A DNA stretch of 64,000 nt, from NCBI GenBank assembly GCA_013265495.1, contig MU057880.1, positions 372,001-436,000 of the forward strand. The letters run 5' to 3'. The notes under the pieces are model-generated. The model made no database searches and had not been told where the DNA came from. It was given only the letters and a program-made list of their open reading frames with translations. Every line of letters begins with the position of its first letter. Position 1 is the stretch's first letter. The translations under genes and the position numbers were made by a program. The stretch is from Vicugna vicugna. Its lineage: Eukaryota. Positions 61,179-64,000 of this stretch are shown here, one piece after another.

Positions 61179-62519
61179 TTCTGCCGTTGCTTCTTGCTTC
61201 GGCCTGCGTGACTCACATCAGGTAAGACAGGGTTAGAAGGGGTTTCACAGCCATCTGCTTTTCACGAGGATAAAATAACTTCCAAACTGCGTCTGAACTA
61301 AAAAGCCTTCCCCAGTGCCCAGAAATCGTGGGTGCCAAGGCAGTTTCAAGGAAAACCATTTGTGCAACCTTCTTGGACATATTAGCAATTCAGTCGCTGA
61401 CTGATCATTCACAGAGCCACGAGTGAGGTCCAGCCTCTGGAGCTGGCCTGGCTGGATTCACATTCCAGCTCCACAGCTTTCTAACTGCAACGAGGGCGAA
61501 GATGCTCATCTCCCTGTGCCTCAGCGTCTTGATATTATCTGTCTTACAGGGTTGTGACAGATCGACCTGTCCCTAAACGTGACATGCTTACGCCACGCCT
61601 GACACACAGGAAGGGCTCAGTGTATCGAAGGTATCACCATTCACGTCCACTCTCACTGAGTCTACACAGACACATTGCTGTGGGACAGCAGAATATTGCC
61701 TGCTTTTAGTATATTTACGGCATAGAAAGATTTCTACAGGATGCAGTACACATCATAATGCTGTCCACTTCTAGGTTATTTACTTAGACTAGAAAATCAT
61801 AGTAACGCTCAGAGTCTCCTGCAAGCAAAAGTCTGCGTCTCTGAAGAGAAGGTACGTAGAAGCTGTGTCCACAAATACCCAGGGTGAGCTTTTTGACTGA
61901 ATTCACATTTGACAGACACATGGTTGGCCAGTGGTCCGCTTTTCCCAAATCTGAAAGGACTGCTCTGGGAACTTGGGATTCGGCATTTACGTTGTGGTCT
62001 GGCCTGGACCACCCCAGAGCTGTGTTGAGGCAAGGCTCAAAGGCTGGCCGTGGTCTTGCTGGCCCAGGTCACCCCCTCACACAGCTTGACAGTAACAGGC
62101 TTAGAGCCTCATTCAATTTTGCCACAGTTTCAGATGCATTTTGTTAGGTCCAATTTACTGGTTCTGAAGCTGGCTGTATTTTGGGACTTCAATGCTCTTG
62201 TTGATCATGGAAGCATCTTTAGTCTCTTCCCTTGTTTTCTGCTCCAAATTTGGATTAGCTTTTACCCTCTGCTCTAAGCCTTCCCTCCCAGGTTACAGCC
62301 TCGCAGTTTTCTCTTATCTGTAATAGAAAGGAGCAGTTAACAGGATAATGTAGTGCTCTTAATGTCAATGAGAAACGATTAATAGAAGAGTCTGGTACAG
62401 GTCCCAGCTCTGTGACGAATGATGGGTTGGTCTGTCCACATTTTGAAATCATAGTTTTCTTATCGAAGGTTTGACTCAGCTCTGAAAACATATGCATTTT
62501 CTGCTTTTTATCAAGGTGA

Positions 62520-64000
62520 GGACATTTATGTGCATTCCTATTTTTCTGAGAGTTTTTATCATGAAAGGGTGTGGACTTTTGTTAAATGCTTTTTCTGCAT
62601 TAACCGATAAAATCATGTGACTTTTGGTTTTGTCTGTTAAGACAGTGAAGTTTGCTTTCTGACTAAAGATACGGTCTACTTCGGTGTATGTTGCATGGTA
62701 TTCATTGTTGTGTATTCGTTGTTGTGTGGACTGCTCTGTAAGTGTTGATTCGATCTTGTTGGCTGAGGGTGTTCAGTTCTTTTACATCTTTGCTGAATTT
62801 CAGCCTAATTGTTTTATCAATTGGTTAAAGAAAGGAGCTGAAGTCTCCAACTATAATAGTGGATTTGTCTATTTCTCCTTTCATTTCTATAAGTTCTTGT
62901 TTCATGGATTTTGAAGGTCTGCTGTGTGATAGATACACATTCAGGATTGCTATGTCTTCTTGGTGAACTTATACTTTGATCATTCTATAATACCCTTCTC
63001 TGTCTCTAGCAATTTTCTTTGCTCTCTTGTGTACTTATCTCATATTAATATAGCTACTCATGCTTTCTTCTGATTAATGTTTGCATAATGTAACTCTTCC
63101 CCTTTTTCTTTCAACCTATCTACACTGTTATGTATGAAATGATTTTTTGTGAACAGCATATAAGTGGGTCAGATTTTTTTAATACACTCTGCCAATCTTT
63201 ATCTTTTAATTGGTATATTTAAGCTGTTCACGTGTAATGCAATTATTTGTATGTTAGACTTTAAGTTTGCCAGTTGTTTTCTGTTTGTTCTGTTTTTTTT
63301 GTTTCTCGGTTTTCTCTTCCCTGTCTGCCTGTGTGTTACCAGAACATATTTCAGTGTTCCATTTTGCTTCATTTAGTATTTTGGGGTGTATCCTTTTGTA
63401 TAGTTTTTAGTCATTGCTAGGTATTCCATTATATATTTATAACTTGTAACCATCTCCTGGTGTCCTTATTTTACCAGTTTGAGAGAAGTATAGAAACCTT
63501 ATCCTTATGTTGTTTTACTCTCACCCTCTTACAATGGGCTAAAATATTTTTCTACGTTCATTAAGAACCATATCTAGCAGTGTAACAACTTTTGCTTCAA
63601 CTCTCAAACATAATTTAGGAAACCCAAAAGAAGAAAAAAAAGTGTCTTGTATTTATGTGTTTACTCTTGTCATTGTTCTTTCTTCCCTTCAGATGTTGCA
63701 AGTTTCCTTCTTTCATCATTTCTTTTGTTTTGAGAACTTCTTTTAGCCTTTCTTTTAAGGACACTCTATTGGCAAGAAACCTGATTAGTTTTTCTTCATC
63801 TGAGAATGCCTTGATTTCCTCTTCATTTGTGAAGTATATCTAGCTGAGTATAGGATTTTGTGTTGACAGCTCTTTGCATTCATCACTTCAAAAATATTGT
63901 GTGACTTCCTTCTGGCTTCCATGGTTTCTCATGGTGAATCTGTTATTCAAATTGTTTTTCCTGTACTGTTAGGATGGCATGTCTCTCTTTCTTTTCAGCC
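62520..64000 (-). mobile_element. Old L1 (L1MC/MD-like) ORF2 5' region and ORF1 3' region
   Basis: tgaagtctccaactataatagtggatttgtctatttctcct; ttaatatagctactc; tctgagaatgccttgatttcc...ctgagtataggatttt. Confidence 0.82.

Noticed and set aside
1..64000. CRISPR array, operon-like or other novel multi-gene system
   Set aside because: Mammalian repeat-rich DNA with no regularly spaced repeats and no intact long ORFs; recurring sequences are dispersed SINE and L1 copies

Overview
Mammalian, repeat-rich, essentially intergenic DNA. It is almost certainly camelid (alpaca/camel), because it holds about 18 copies of a SINE with a near-intact tRNA-Ala(AGC) head and several young L1 3' ends of one type. 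I find no intact protein-coding gene, and the ORFs I could interpret are L1/LTR/microsatellite artefacts or chance ORFs. The one recognisable gene-derived sequence is a decayed, intron-containing SPATA31 (FAM75)-family pseudogene fragment on the + strand (about 19.55-23.51 kb; exons 2, 3 and the 5' part of the large last exon). It sits between two collinear pieces of one old minus-strand L1, which suggests a DNA-level duplication into that L1. Other notable items are retrotransposition scars (a probable L1 3' transduction, a twin-primed L1, a polyadenylated LTR fragment, an mRNA-like 3' end inside a SINE, an orphan L1 5' head), several solo LTRs, a deleted ERVL provirus, CpG-rich patches and a few unassigned minus-strand exon-like signals. 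I cannot support a new biological system. Repeat family names and protein comparisons come from memory of consensus sequences and need RepeatMasker/BLAST confirmation. Repeat boundaries are approximate unless a target-site duplication (TSD) is given.
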